Origin: Methanocaldococcus sp. 16A
GTDB lineage: Archaea; AGJL01; Methanococci; Methanococcales; Methanocaldococcaceae
NCBI GenBank assembly: GCA_049860595.1
Contig: CP187551.1
DNA length: 64,000 nucleotides
Reading direction: 5' to 3' (one strand)
Shown here: positions 19,715 to 28,893 of the stretch, piece after piece
How the letters are laid out: each line of letters begins with the position of its first letter
Numbering within the stretch: the stretch's first letter is position 1
Notes under the pieces: generated by a model
Databases searched by the model: none
What the model saw: the letters and a program-made list of their open reading frames with translations, nothing else
What the model was told of the DNA's origin: nothing
Translations under genes and position numbers: made by a program

Positions 19715-22417
19715 TTACCACCACACTAAAGGTTTAATTATTTTATAATCCAAATCTTTAATATTTATTTTTTCTCCATCTTCAAACTCCAAATATTCTT
19801 CTGTAATTTTCTTTATTTTCTTTCCAAGTAAATTTGAAAGAGTTTCAGCAATATCTATATTTTTATAGAGTTTTTCTAAATTAACCTTAACCTTATTGTT
19901 TTCATAATCAACTTCTAAAGCTTCTAATAATTTTAAATCCTTCATAAAGATGTATTGGTTGTAAGGATCTTGTGTTGAATCAAAGAATGGTTCTAAATCT
20001 GCATATTTTACTCTTCTTAAAGTATCTTCATATTGCTCTAATTCGTAGTATTTGAAAAAGCCCCCAGCTTTATTCTTGTTATAGTTTTCTTTAACATCCT
20101 CATCCTTTGAAATTCCAGATTTATCATAAGCCAATACTTTTTTCATTCTTGGTAAAATTACTGTATAGAAATGTTCTCCCATCTCTACTCCAACCCATTT
20201 TCTTCCAAGTTTATGAGCTACTGCGGTTGTTGTACTACTACCTAAAAAGAAATCTAAAACTAAATCTCCTTCATTGGAAGTTGATAAAATTACTCTTTTT
20301 AATAATTGTTCAGAATTTTCTGTTGGAAATTTGAAGTTATCAGAGTATGAAGGAATGTCCTTCCAGTTATCAGTTATTTTAACCTTATCAGATGTTAAAT
20401 ATTCAACTTTCCAGTCATCTCCACCACAATTTAAACACTTATCTAATTTTTTAACCCCATAAACAATACTATCTGGTTTTATATCAAGATATTTAAACAT
20501 CTCTTTCTTATTTTTTAGAATTTTATTTATGAACTTTTCTTTTGATTCTTCATCATCCCAATAGTAAATTGCCCCACATTTTTTGCATTTCAATCTTAAA
20601 AAATGCTCTCTCAGGAGTTTATCAACTTTCTCTTGCACTAATGAGAAATGCTGTCCTTTTGGAGGATACAAAACTTTCCCAAAGAATATTCTTTCTGGTG
20701 GATTTCTTTCCCCCTGTTTTAAAAAGCCTGTCCATTTAAAATCTACCAAACTTCTGTCTCTATACAAATCTTTTCTTAAGCAATCTTCTGATTTAGAATA
20801 AAAGAATAAATATTCACTTTCTACTTCAAATTTATTAGGAGTTCCAATACTCTGTCTTTTTCTATTTACAACAATCTCATTTCTAAAATTCTCTTTTCCA
20901 AAAATATCATCCATCAAAAACCTAACATAATGATTTCCGTGATAATCAATTCTTACAAAAATACTTCCAGTATCTTTTAAAAATTCCTTAGCCAATCTTA
21001 ACCTATTCTCCATCATTGTAATCCATGCAGAATCTAAGAATCTATTAATATACATTGTAAATTCATTACTTCCAGTATTGAATGGAGGGTCGATATAGAT
21101 AGTCTGTATTTCTTCCTTAAACTTTGGTAATATGGTATTTAACGCTTGCCAATTCTCACTTTTAATTAGCCAACCATCTAACTCTTCATCCAAATTCTCA
21201 AACAATCCTAAAATCTCAAGTTCTAAATCTTTAAAATATTTTGTATCAATTGGTAAAAATTGATATTTTTGATTTAATTCAATGCCTTTAAGTGTATTAA
21301 TCAAAATCTCTTTAGGATTAAAATCTTCATCAATTAAATCTAACAAATACCATTCTATTATTTGATTTATTTTTTCAGATTTTTCAAACCTTTCTCTATA
21401 TGATTTATTGTTGGATTTAATTTCTTTCCATTCATTTAAATTCTCTTCAAATTCTCTCTTTTGCTCAACTAATTTATCTACTATTTTTTTAATAACTTTT
21501 ATACCACCTTCTTTTTTAGCGATTCTATCTAATGTAACAACATAATTGCTGTTCAAAACAAACTTTGGTTTTTGCCATATTTTAACCAATTCATCTTCAA
21601 ACTGTGCAATGAAATCAATAATTTTATATGCAATATCTTTCAAAACCTTCAACTGCTTAATCCTCTTTTCTGTAAATTGTGTTTCATCAGAGTAAATATA
21701 TTGGTAAAGCCAGAGATCAAACTGTTCTTTCAAAAACTGTTTAGCATTTTTATTTATAAAGTAGTCTACTTCATTTTGCCTTTCAAAAACTCTGAAAGCC
21801 TTTTCTAAAACCTCCATATCTAAATTCATATTTTTCTTTTTTAACTCTTTTAATATTTCATTAACTTTTGTTTTTCTTCCTCTTTCAGAATATAAAACAT
21901 TAAAAACTATAGTTCCATCCCCTTTAATTTCTTTTAGCTCATAAATTAATTCTCTCTTCTCATTTGCTTTTTTATGCTGTAATTTGGAAACATCAAAGAA
22001 AAACTTTACACCATCAATTTCTACTTCCATACTTTTTGGTAGAATATCTGTTTTTACATAATAAAGCATGTGTGTTTTCCAGAACATTACAACATCTTTG
22101 TTGTCCGTATAAACTCTCTCATATATTCTCTCATTAAAAGGCGTGTATCTAAAATATATTGAACCACTCTCACTGAAATATCTCTTAAAGAAACTATAAA
22201 GTTTATTAAATAACTCTTCTCTAAATTCTGGAAATTCAGCAGTTTTTTCATTTATTTCATTTTTTAATTGTTTAAAAATCTTATCAAAATATTTTGATTT
22301 TATTCTCATCAAATTGATATATCCTGATTCTCCTTCAACTTTTGCTCCTATGAAAATATCTTTCAATGCCTCAAAAAATCTGGTTTCTGAATCTAATGTT
22401 ACTTTTTTGATTTTCAT
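19715..22417 (-). CDS. mod: type III RM Mod subunit (beta-class amino-DNA methyltransferase)
   Basis: Motif IV IYIDPPF precedes TRD and motif I LDFFLGSSTT. ATG at 22417 follows GGTGG (the ORF track starts at 22429). Confidence 0.9.
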   Translation of the reverse strand: MKIKKVTLDSETRFFEALKDIFIGAKVEGESGYINLMRIKSKYFDKIFKQLKNEINEKTAEFPEFREELFNKLYSFFKRYFSESGSIYFRYTPFNERIYERVYTDNKDVVMFWKTHMLYYVKTDILPKSMEVEIDGVKFFFDVSKLQHKKANEKRELIYELKEIKGDGTIVFNVLYSERGRKTKVNEILKELKKKNMNLDMEVLEKAFRVFERQNEVDYFINKNAKQFLKEQFDLWLYQYIYSDETQFTEKRIKQLKVLKDIAYKIIDFIAQFEDELVKIWQKPKFVLNSNYVVTLDRIAKKEGGIKVIKKIVDKLVEQKREFEENLNEWKEIKSNNKSYRERFEKSEKINQIIEWYLLDLIDEDFNPKEILINTLKGIELNQKYQFLPIDTKYFKDLELEILGLFENLDEELDGWLIKSENWQALNTILPKFKEEIQTIYIDPPFNTGSNEFTMYINRFLDSAWITMMENRLRLAKEFLKDTGSIFVRIDYHGNHYVRFLMDDIFGKENFRNEIVVNRKRQSIGTPNKFEVESEYLFFYSKSEDCLRKDLYRDRSLVDFKWTGFLKQGERNPPERIFFGKVLYPPKGQHFSLVQEKVDKLLREHFLRLKCKKCGAIYYWDDEESKEKFINKILKNKKEMFKYLDIKPDSIVYGVKKLDKCLNCGGDDWKVEYLTSDKVKITDNWKDIPSYSDNFKFPTENSEQLLKRVILSTSNEGDLVLDFFLGSSTTTAVAHKLGRKWVGVEMGEHFYTVILPRMKKVLAYDKSGISKDEDVKENYNKNKAGGFFKYYELEQYEDTLRRVKYADLEPFFDSTQDPYNQYIFMKDLKLLEALEVDYENNKVKVNLEKLYKNIDIAETLSNLLGKKIKKITEEYLEFEDGEKINIKDLDYKIIKPLVWW

Positions 22418-22445
22418 TTTCTCCACCAAATAATTTAAATTTTAT

Positions 22446-22830
22446 TTAAAATATCAATAATTTCATTATAATATCTATATTTAAACCTCCTTCAATATCT
22501 TCTTTTGAAACTCCTCTAAATCCATGAGCAACTATCGGACTTTCGCAGTATATCTATTTAAAGCTAAGAAATTTTGACTCCTTTAGGTGTATATTTTCAA
22601 TAAAAAACTCATTCCTACGGAAGTCCTATACTATTGTTGTGTGTCTTAAATTTTTCCTATTACATTTTTTATAAATTTAAAGCATAAGCATGGACTTAAT
22701 ATTCTATTTAAATATTCTATTAAATTAAAAAAGCAATAATATTTTATTTATACCAACATTTTTTTCAATATCTATCTCGTCAGGATTTCTTCTAAAAATT
22801 TTACCATTATTATCTTTATATTCTATTGAA
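22446..22830 (-). pseudogene. degraded gene remnant with HEPN-like Rx6H motif, interrupted by a MITE
   Basis: Removing the element at 22535-22628 plus one flanking 5-mer restores NLRHTTIVAHGFRGVSKEDIE; upstream fragments contain stops and frameshifts. Confidence 0.55.
22535..22628. mobile_element. MITE-like element, copy A
   Basis: Imperfect TIRs TCGGACTTTCGCAG / CTACGGAAGTCCTA; flanks AACTA / TACTA. Confidence 0.75.
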
Positions 22831-22911
22831 TAACAATATAAAATGGGCTCTATTATAAATATTTCTAAATAATTTTACTTTACAATATTAAACTACATTG
22901 GTGATAAAACC

Positions 22912-23703
22912 ATGTATATTCTAAAAATCGCCTATGATGGACGATACAGCTTCCAACAACAACCCCATAAAGAGACAGTATGTGATATACTGTTAGATAC
23001 TTTAGAAGATATTGGAATATTATCTAAGAAAAAAATTATTTACAGTGGTGGAAGAACTGATAAAGGAGTCTCTGCCTTAGGAAACTTTGTTGTTGTAGAG
23101 TTAAAAAAAGAGCCTATTCTTTCATATATAAACGCAAAGTTGAAAAATAAAGGCATATGGGTTTTGGGATATAGGGAAATTGATGAAATTCCAAAAGTGA
23201 AGTATAGACATTACCGCTATATTCTGCCTAATATTGACTACAATATAGAGGCTATTAAAGAGGGAGCAAAAAAGCTTATAGGAACCCATAGCTTTCACAA
23301 TTTATCAAAAAGTGATAGATCTAAAGAAAAAAGTCCTATAAGGACTATCTATGATATAAAAATCTCTGAGAATGATTTTTATTTAACAATAGATATTATT
23401 GGTGAGAGTTTTTTATGGAATATGGTTAGAAAGATAGTTGGAGCTTTAGATTTAATAGGAAGAGGAAAAAAACCTGTAGAATGGATTGATAAATTGTTAG
23501 ATGAAAATCATAGAGAAGGTGTCCCTACATTTTCACCGGATGGATTGATATTGGTTGAGGCAAAGGTTGATATTGATTATATATACGATAGCTATTCAAT
23601 AAAAAAATTTAAGGAATATTGGGTAGAATTCTTTAAATTGTATGTTATGAAAGTAGGTATTGCTAAAACAATTTTAGATTATACAAAAATAGATAAAATT
23701 TAA
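22912..23703 (+). CDS. truA: tRNA pseudouridine(38-40) synthase
   Basis: IAYDG, GRTDKGVSA, GTHSFHNL, FLWNMVRKIVG. Confidence 0.95.
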   Translation: MYILKIAYDGRYSFQQQPHKETVCDILLDTLEDIGILSKKKIIYSGGRTDKGVSALGNFVVVELKKEPILSYINAKLKNKGIWVLGYREIDEIPKVKYRHYRYILPNIDYNIEAIKEGAKKLIGTHSFHNLSKSDRSKEKSPIRTIYDIKISENDFYLTIDIIGESFLWNMVRKIVGALDLIGRGKKPVEWIDKLLDENHREGVPTFSPDGLILVEAKVDIDYIYDSYSIKKFKEYWVEFFKLYVMKVGIAKTILDYTKIDKI

Positions 23704-23707
23704 CTTT

Positions 23708-23783
23708 AAGTGTGCCCCGGGGGAGCAAAGGAGAATCATCGCTTGCCGGGCAGTTGCTCATCCCCCGCGGTTTCCCGGGGCAT
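23708..23783 (-). ncRNA. single-hairpin box H/ACA pseudouridylation guide RNA
   Basis: GC-rich island. Minus strand reads GCCCCGGG-AAACCGC-GGGGGA-TGA...GATGA-TTCTCC-TTTGCTCC-CCCGGGGC-ACA: lower stem, pocket, upper stem, K-turn-like UGA/GAUGA, ACA box. Confidence 0.8.
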
Positions 23784-23875
23784 ATTTTTATATTTTATAA
23801 AGCTTAATAATTTTATATTCATCAACTCAAATTTAAATTTTTTGCTGTTTTGCAAAAAACTAATAGGATGAGAGA

Positions 23876-24592
23876 ATGAAAAAATATATTGTGAGTATTG
23901 GAGTGGATATATCAGACAATGATGTAAAAACCAATCCTAAAGTTAATGAATTGGTTAATAAAGAGGTTAAAGAAAGATTATCCAAGTTAGGGATAAAAGC
24001 ATGTGTCTCAAATATAACTGGTGATGATATAGTTATAACATCATTTGTCCCAAAAGATTTGATTGAGGAAAACAATAAAATAATTTTTGAAATTTTAAAT
24101 AAATATGCTGAGGGCTTTGATGACTTAAATGGAATTTCTAAAGAAAAAGATAAAGCTGGAGAAGGTTTATCTTATGCTATCGCTGAAGCTAAATCAGAAT
24201 ATGGAGACGCTATAATAGTAGCTTTTGATACATATGGAGGAGAGAGTTTTGTAGATGAAATGGCTTTATTTGTAAAAGAGATTGGAGAAAAGTTTGGATA
24301 TAATGTTGGATGTTCAGTTTCTAATGAAGCAGTAAAAATTCCTGGAGTAGGATATACAGGGGCTGAGAGTGATGACCCTGTTGTAGTTATAACAGTTGAA
24401 GAGCTTGATGATATTAAAAAATTAGCTGGGCTTATTTATGGTGGTTTGTTGAGCTTTAATGATTTATATTTTGTTAAAAATGGTGAAGGAGCAGATATAA
24501 TCCCACCTGGAGTGATATATACAATGTCGGCATTTTTAAATGGAAATGTGATTGATTTATATGAGGGGATTAGAAGAAGGATAAAATTTTAA
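23876..24592 (+). CDS. conserved hypothetical protein
   Basis: 238 aa ORF with host-like codon usage, first of three co-oriented genes. Confidence 0.6.
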   Translation: MKKYIVSIGVDISDNDVKTNPKVNELVNKEVKERLSKLGIKACVSNITGDDIVITSFVPKDLIEENNKIIFEILNKYAEGFDDLNGISKEKDKAGEGLSYAIAEAKSEYGDAIIVAFDTYGGESFVDEMALFVKEIGEKFGYNVGCSVSNEAVKIPGVGYTGAESDDPVVVITVEELDDIKKLAGLIYGGLLSFNDLYFVKNGEGADIIPPGVIYTMSAFLNGNVIDLYEGIRRRIKF

Positions 24593-24601
24593 CGTGAGAT
24601 T

Positions 24602-25219
24602 ATGGACTTACAATATTTTATATTAGCATTTACATCAATATTCTCAATTTTAAACCCATTTGGTGCCGTTCCTGTATTTATAACGCTAACTGAATCGTAT
24701 CCAAAAAAAGAGAGAGACTTAGTAGCAAGGAAAACAGTTATTTATACATTGGCTATACTATTAGTTTTTACACTTTTTGGAGAGTGGATATTAAAATTTT
24801 TTGGCATATCATTAGATGCCTTTAAGATTGCTGGAGGTATTTTACTATTATTAATTTCTTTAGACATGGTTAGGGGTAAGCAAGAATCTAAAATTCAAAG
24901 GAAAGATATTGAAGCTGCTTATGAAATAGATGAAATTGCATTGATGCCTTTAGCAACACCTCTATTAGCAGGCCCTGGTTCAATAACTGCCTGTATGGTT
25001 GCAATGGCTGAAGCTCCAACTTTTGGTGATAAATTTTTGGTAATATTGGCAATATTGTTATCTCTTGCAATAACTTATTTAACACTGCTTTCAGCTGAGA
25101 GCGTTTTAGATAAAATTGGAAAATTGGGAATTAGAATATTAACAAGAATGATGGGTCTTATACTTACAGCCATTGCTGTTCAGATGGTAGTTAATGGAAT
25201 TAAAGGGGCTTTATTATAA
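24602..25219 (+). CDS. MarC/NAAT-family membrane protein
   Basis: ILNPFG, FKIAGGILL, PLATPLLAGPGSI, TRMMGLIL. Confidence 0.9.
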   Translation: MDLQYFILAFTSIFSILNPFGAVPVFITLTESYPKKERDLVARKTVIYTLAILLVFTLFGEWILKFFGISLDAFKIAGGILLLLISLDMVRGKQESKIQRKDIEAAYEIDEIALMPLATPLLAGPGSITACMVAMAEAPTFGDKFLVILAILLSLAITYLTLLSAESVLDKIGKLGIRILTRMMGLILTAIAVQMVVNGIKGALL

Positions 25220-25228
25220 AATTTTGAG

Positions 25229-26389
25229 GTGATTGGTTTGGACATAAATTTAGACAAATATAAAAATTTAAGGAGAAACTTAGAAAGAGAGTTAATTAAC
25301 TTAAATCCTATACAGAGAGGAGGAATATTACCAAAAGAAGCTAAAAAGGCTGTTTATGAATATTGGGATGGATATAGTGTTTGTGATTACTGCCATGGTA
25401 GGTTGGATGAGATAACTTGCCCACCAATAAAGGAGTTTTTAAATGATGTAGCCAAATTTTTAAATATGGATTATGCAAGACCTACTCATGGAGCAAGGGA
25501 AGGAAAATTTATAGTTATGCATTCAATATGTAATGAAGGAGATTATGTAGTTTTAGATAAAAATGCACACTATACAAGTTATGTTTCTGCTGAAAGAGCT
25601 AAGTTAAATGTTGCTGAAGTTGGTTATGAAGAAGAGTATCCTACATATAAAATAAACTTGGAGGGTTATAGAGAAGTTATAGACAATTTAGAAGATAAGG
25701 GAAAAAATGTTGGTTTAATATTATTAACTCACGTTGATGGAGAATATGGAAACTTAAATGATGCCAAAAAGGTTGGAAAAATAGCTAAAGAAAAAGGTAT
25801 CCCTTTCTTGCTAAATTGTGCATATACAGTTGGAAGAATGCCAGTTGATGGAAAAGAAGTTAAAGCTGATTTTATTGTAGCTTCAGGGCATAAAAGTATG
25901 GCGGCATCAGCTCCATGTGGTATTTTGGCATTTAGTGAAGAGTTTGCTGATAAGATAACAAGAACATCTGAAAAATTCCCAGTTAAAGAAATTGAGATGC
26001 TTGGATGCACAAGTAGAGGTCTCCCAATAGTAACTCTAATGGCGAGCTTTCCTCATGTTGTTGAGAGAGTTAAAAAATGGGATGATGAGCTTAAAAAAAC
26101 AAGATATGTAGTTGATGAACTTGAAAAAATTGGCTTTAAACAGTTAGGAATTAAACCAAAAGAACATGATTTAACTAAATTTGAAACTCCTATATTGGAT
26201 GAGATAGCTAAGAAGGATAAGAGAAGAGGATTTTTCTTCTATGATGAATTGAAGAAGAGAGGTATTGGAGGGATAAGGGCTGGGGTTACTAAAGAGATAA
26301 AGATGAGTGTTTATGGCTTAGAATGGGAGCAAGTTGAGTATGTTGTTAATGCAATAAAAGAGATTGTTGAGAAATATGGAGAACAATAA
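25229..26389 (+). CDS. pscS: O-phosphoseryl-tRNA:Cys-tRNA synthase (SepCysS)
   Basis: NPIQRGG, GYSVCDYC, ASGHKSM (PLP lysine), LGCTSRG. Confidence 0.95.
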   Translation: MIGLDINLDKYKNLRRNLERELINLNPIQRGGILPKEAKKAVYEYWDGYSVCDYCHGRLDEITCPPIKEFLNDVAKFLNMDYARPTHGAREGKFIVMHSICNEGDYVVLDKNAHYTSYVSAERAKLNVAEVGYEEEYPTYKINLEGYREVIDNLEDKGKNVGLILLTHVDGEYGNLNDAKKVGKIAKEKGIPFLLNCAYTVGRMPVDGKEVKADFIVASGHKSMAASAPCGILAFSEEFADKITRTSEKFPVKEIEMLGCTSRGLPIVTLMASFPHVVERVKKWDDELKKTRYVVDELEKIGFKQLGIKPKEHDLTKFETPILDEIAKKDKRRGFFFYDELKKRGIGGIRAGVTKEIKMSVYGLEWEQVEYVVNAIKEIVEKYGEQ

Positions 26390-26396
26390 AAATTTT

Positions 26397-27539
26397 TTAT
26401 ATAATAAACTCTCCACTTTCTATTTTCTTTTTTAGTTCTTTAGCTAATTTTAAAGCTCTCTTTCTATCTGACTGCCTACATGTTATAGGGATTCCACATA
26501 TAGAGCCAAGTTTTGTTTTAAATACTCCATAAGGACAGATATTACAAATTCCACAACCAAAACAATCTTCAGTTATTTTTATTTTTCCATTCTCTTTTTT
26601 TATTGCAAAAGTTGGACAATATTCTTCAGCTAAGCATCTATCACAGCTCTTACACCTATCTAAATAAATTTTTGGTCTCAAATCCACATCTTCCCAAACT
26701 TCCGCATAATTTCCAACATCTATAATTTCTCTACCAAATATATTAGCTAATGGCAATGCAATGTCTTTATCAAGCTTTTTTAATGCCTCTTTATGCTCAT
26801 CAACTTTAATTGGGATGGCTATTGTATTGTATATCTCTAATCCATGCGATGTTACAAATCCTCCTAAATAATAAGCATCCATGTCTTTCATATCTGCAGA
26901 CATCATTAAATTTGGCTTTTTTATTGATGACCTTGTTCCAAATCCTAATATTATTGCTTCAGCTCCATTTAATAGAGCTTTTTTTCCAACAACGTCTTTT
27001 TCGTCTCTAATAACCATATTTTCTAATGGATTATACATCCCACAACCAGAGAAAGAAGCTTCACCTTTTTTTAATGGTAATCTATGGAATATAGTATTAA
27101 CTTCTTTATCAGACAAATTTGTTATTGCAGAATAATTTTTGAAAGCCACTCTTGTCCCAATCATCTTAGCTGTTGGTAAATCTTCTATAGTAATCTCATT
27201 TTTGTATATTTTTCCTTCACTTACAGCTTTTGCCTCAACAGTTTTACCTTTAACTAAATCTTTAAACAAAAACCCAACTTCTCCATAAAATATTGCATCA
27301 ACTTTTCCCAAATATTCGTTAGGACAAACGCCCACAACTCCTCTGATGTTATCTAAATATATCTCCTCTGCTTTTTTAAAAATCTCGTTGAATGGAATAT
27401 GGAAAATTCCTGCAGTTCCAGACATTATTCCGCAAGTTGCAGAGGTTACAATATCAACCTCATCTATTTTGTCCTCTTCATTATTCCTGATGTATTTTTT
27501 TAGTTCATCTATTGTTATTACCTTTAAATCTTTTTCCAC
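26397..27539 (-). CDS. methanogenesis marker 16 metalloprotein (DUF39-like + C-terminal 4Fe-4S)
   Basis: VTSATCGIMSG, GVCPNE, SGCG, CKSCDRC...CP and CFGCGIC..CP. Confidence 0.75.
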   Translation of the reverse strand: MEKDLKVITIDELKKYIRNNEEDKIDEVDIVTSATCGIMSGTAGIFHIPFNEIFKKAEEIYLDNIRGVVGVCPNEYLGKVDAIFYGEVGFLFKDLVKGKTVEAKAVSEGKIYKNEITIEDLPTAKMIGTRVAFKNYSAITNLSDKEVNTIFHRLPLKKGEASFSGCGMYNPLENMVIRDEKDVVGKKALLNGAEAIILGFGTRSSIKKPNLMMSADMKDMDAYYLGGFVTSHGLEIYNTIAIPIKVDEHKEALKKLDKDIALPLANIFGREIIDVGNYAEVWEDVDLRPKIYLDRCKSCDRCLAEEYCPTFAIKKENGKIKITEDCFGCGICNICPYGVFKTKLGSICGIPITCRQSDRKRALKLAKELKKKIESGEFII

Positions 27540-27551
27540 AATGCCACCGTT

Positions 27552-28400
27552 TTATCTTTTTATGTCTTTGCAGAGCTCTAACAATCTTTCTATTCTTTCT
27601 TCAGTTGGAGGGTGGGTAGAGAAAAGTTTCATAATGAAATCTCCTTTAAATGGATTTACTATAAATAGATGTGCTGTTGCTGGATTACCTCTCTCTAATG
27701 GATAAATACTAACTCCTTTTTCTAACTTAGCTAATGCATTAGCCAACCATAATGGATGTGTGAGCTTAGCTCCCTCCTCATCTGCATAAAACTCTCTCTG
27801 CCTTGAAATTGCAAATTGGATTAATGTAGCTGCAATTGGAGCCAATACTAACAACAAAATTGTTCCAATTAATTCTAATGGGTTATCTTCTTCATTTCCA
27901 TATCCAAAAAACAAGCCCCATTTCATCCATTCAGCAATATATATTACAGCTCCAGCTAAGGTAGCTACTATGGTGCTTATTAAAATATCATTATGCTTTA
28001 TATGTGATATTTCGTGCCCTATAACTCCTTCCAACTCTTCTGGTGATAATAATTGCAGTATTCCTTCAGTAACTGCCACAACAGCATTTTCAGGGTTTCT
28101 TCCTGTAGCAAATGCATTTGGAGTCATTGTAGGGACTATAGCTACTTTTGGTTTTGGTAAGCCTGCTTTTCTTGCAACTCTCTCAACCATTTGATGTAAC
28201 CAAGGCATTTCATGCTCATCCAAAATTCTTGCGTTATAGCTCATTAATACAAATTTATCGCTGTAATAGTATGCTATAATATTTGGAATTAAAGCAAGGA
28301 GTATAGCAATTAGTGGATGAATATGTAGTATTATACAAAATGTATAAATCAATCCTACAAGAAAAGCCATTAACAAATAAGTTTTTATTTGGTTCATCAT
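27552..28400 (-). CDS. htpX: zinc metalloprotease HtpX
   Basis: PNAFATG, GHEISH, SRQREFYAD, FSTHPP. Confidence 0.95.
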   Translation of the reverse strand: MMNQIKTYLLMAFLVGLIYTFCIILHIHPLIAILLALIPNIIAYYYSDKFVLMSYNARILDEHEMPWLHQMVERVARKAGLPKPKVAIVPTMTPNAFATGRNPENAVVAVTEGILQLLSPEELEGVIGHEISHIKHNDILISTIVATLAGAVIYIAEWMKWGLFFGYGNEEDNPLELIGTILLLVLAPIAATLIQFAISRQREFYADEEGAKLTHPLWLANALAKLEKGVSIYPLERGNPATAHLFIVNPFKGDFIMKLFSTHPPTEERIERLLELCKDIKR

Positions 28401-28530
28401 AGTTCCTCACGCTCATTAATTCATAATTAAAATTTTTTTGCTAAGACTATTGTAAATTATAATAAAGCTTAAATAATTTACGTTGCTGATTTTGTATTTG
28501 TTTATATTTTAGGGTGTATTTAAATAACAT

Positions 28531-28893
28531 TTATCACGCTAAAAGTTTTTTATTTTTAATTTATAGGTTTTTAAAGAGTTATTTTTTGATTTTAAAGATT
28601 TTTAGTTAATTTTTAGGGGTTGCTTATTTTTAATATTTTATTTATTTGGATGTATTAAATTAATAAGATTTTTATGTGATTTTAGATAATTACTTTTAAA
28701 TTAAAATTTCTCCAATAAATAATTTGATTTTTTAGTTAAAAAGTTTTTATTATTTCAAATTATTACATACCGTAAGGTATTTATATAAGTAAAGATTTAT
28801 AAATAAAGTGAGTAATTAGGGGGTTGTAGTATACATCTTATAAAATATGGGCTTAAAAAAGACTAATTTCATTTAATCTAAAAAATACTACCT
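28531..28893 (+). promoter_or_regulatory. CRISPR leader of array 2
   Basis: Homologous to 10168-10530; BRE/TATA-like CCGTAAGGTATTTATATA near 28770-28787. Confidence 0.9.
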
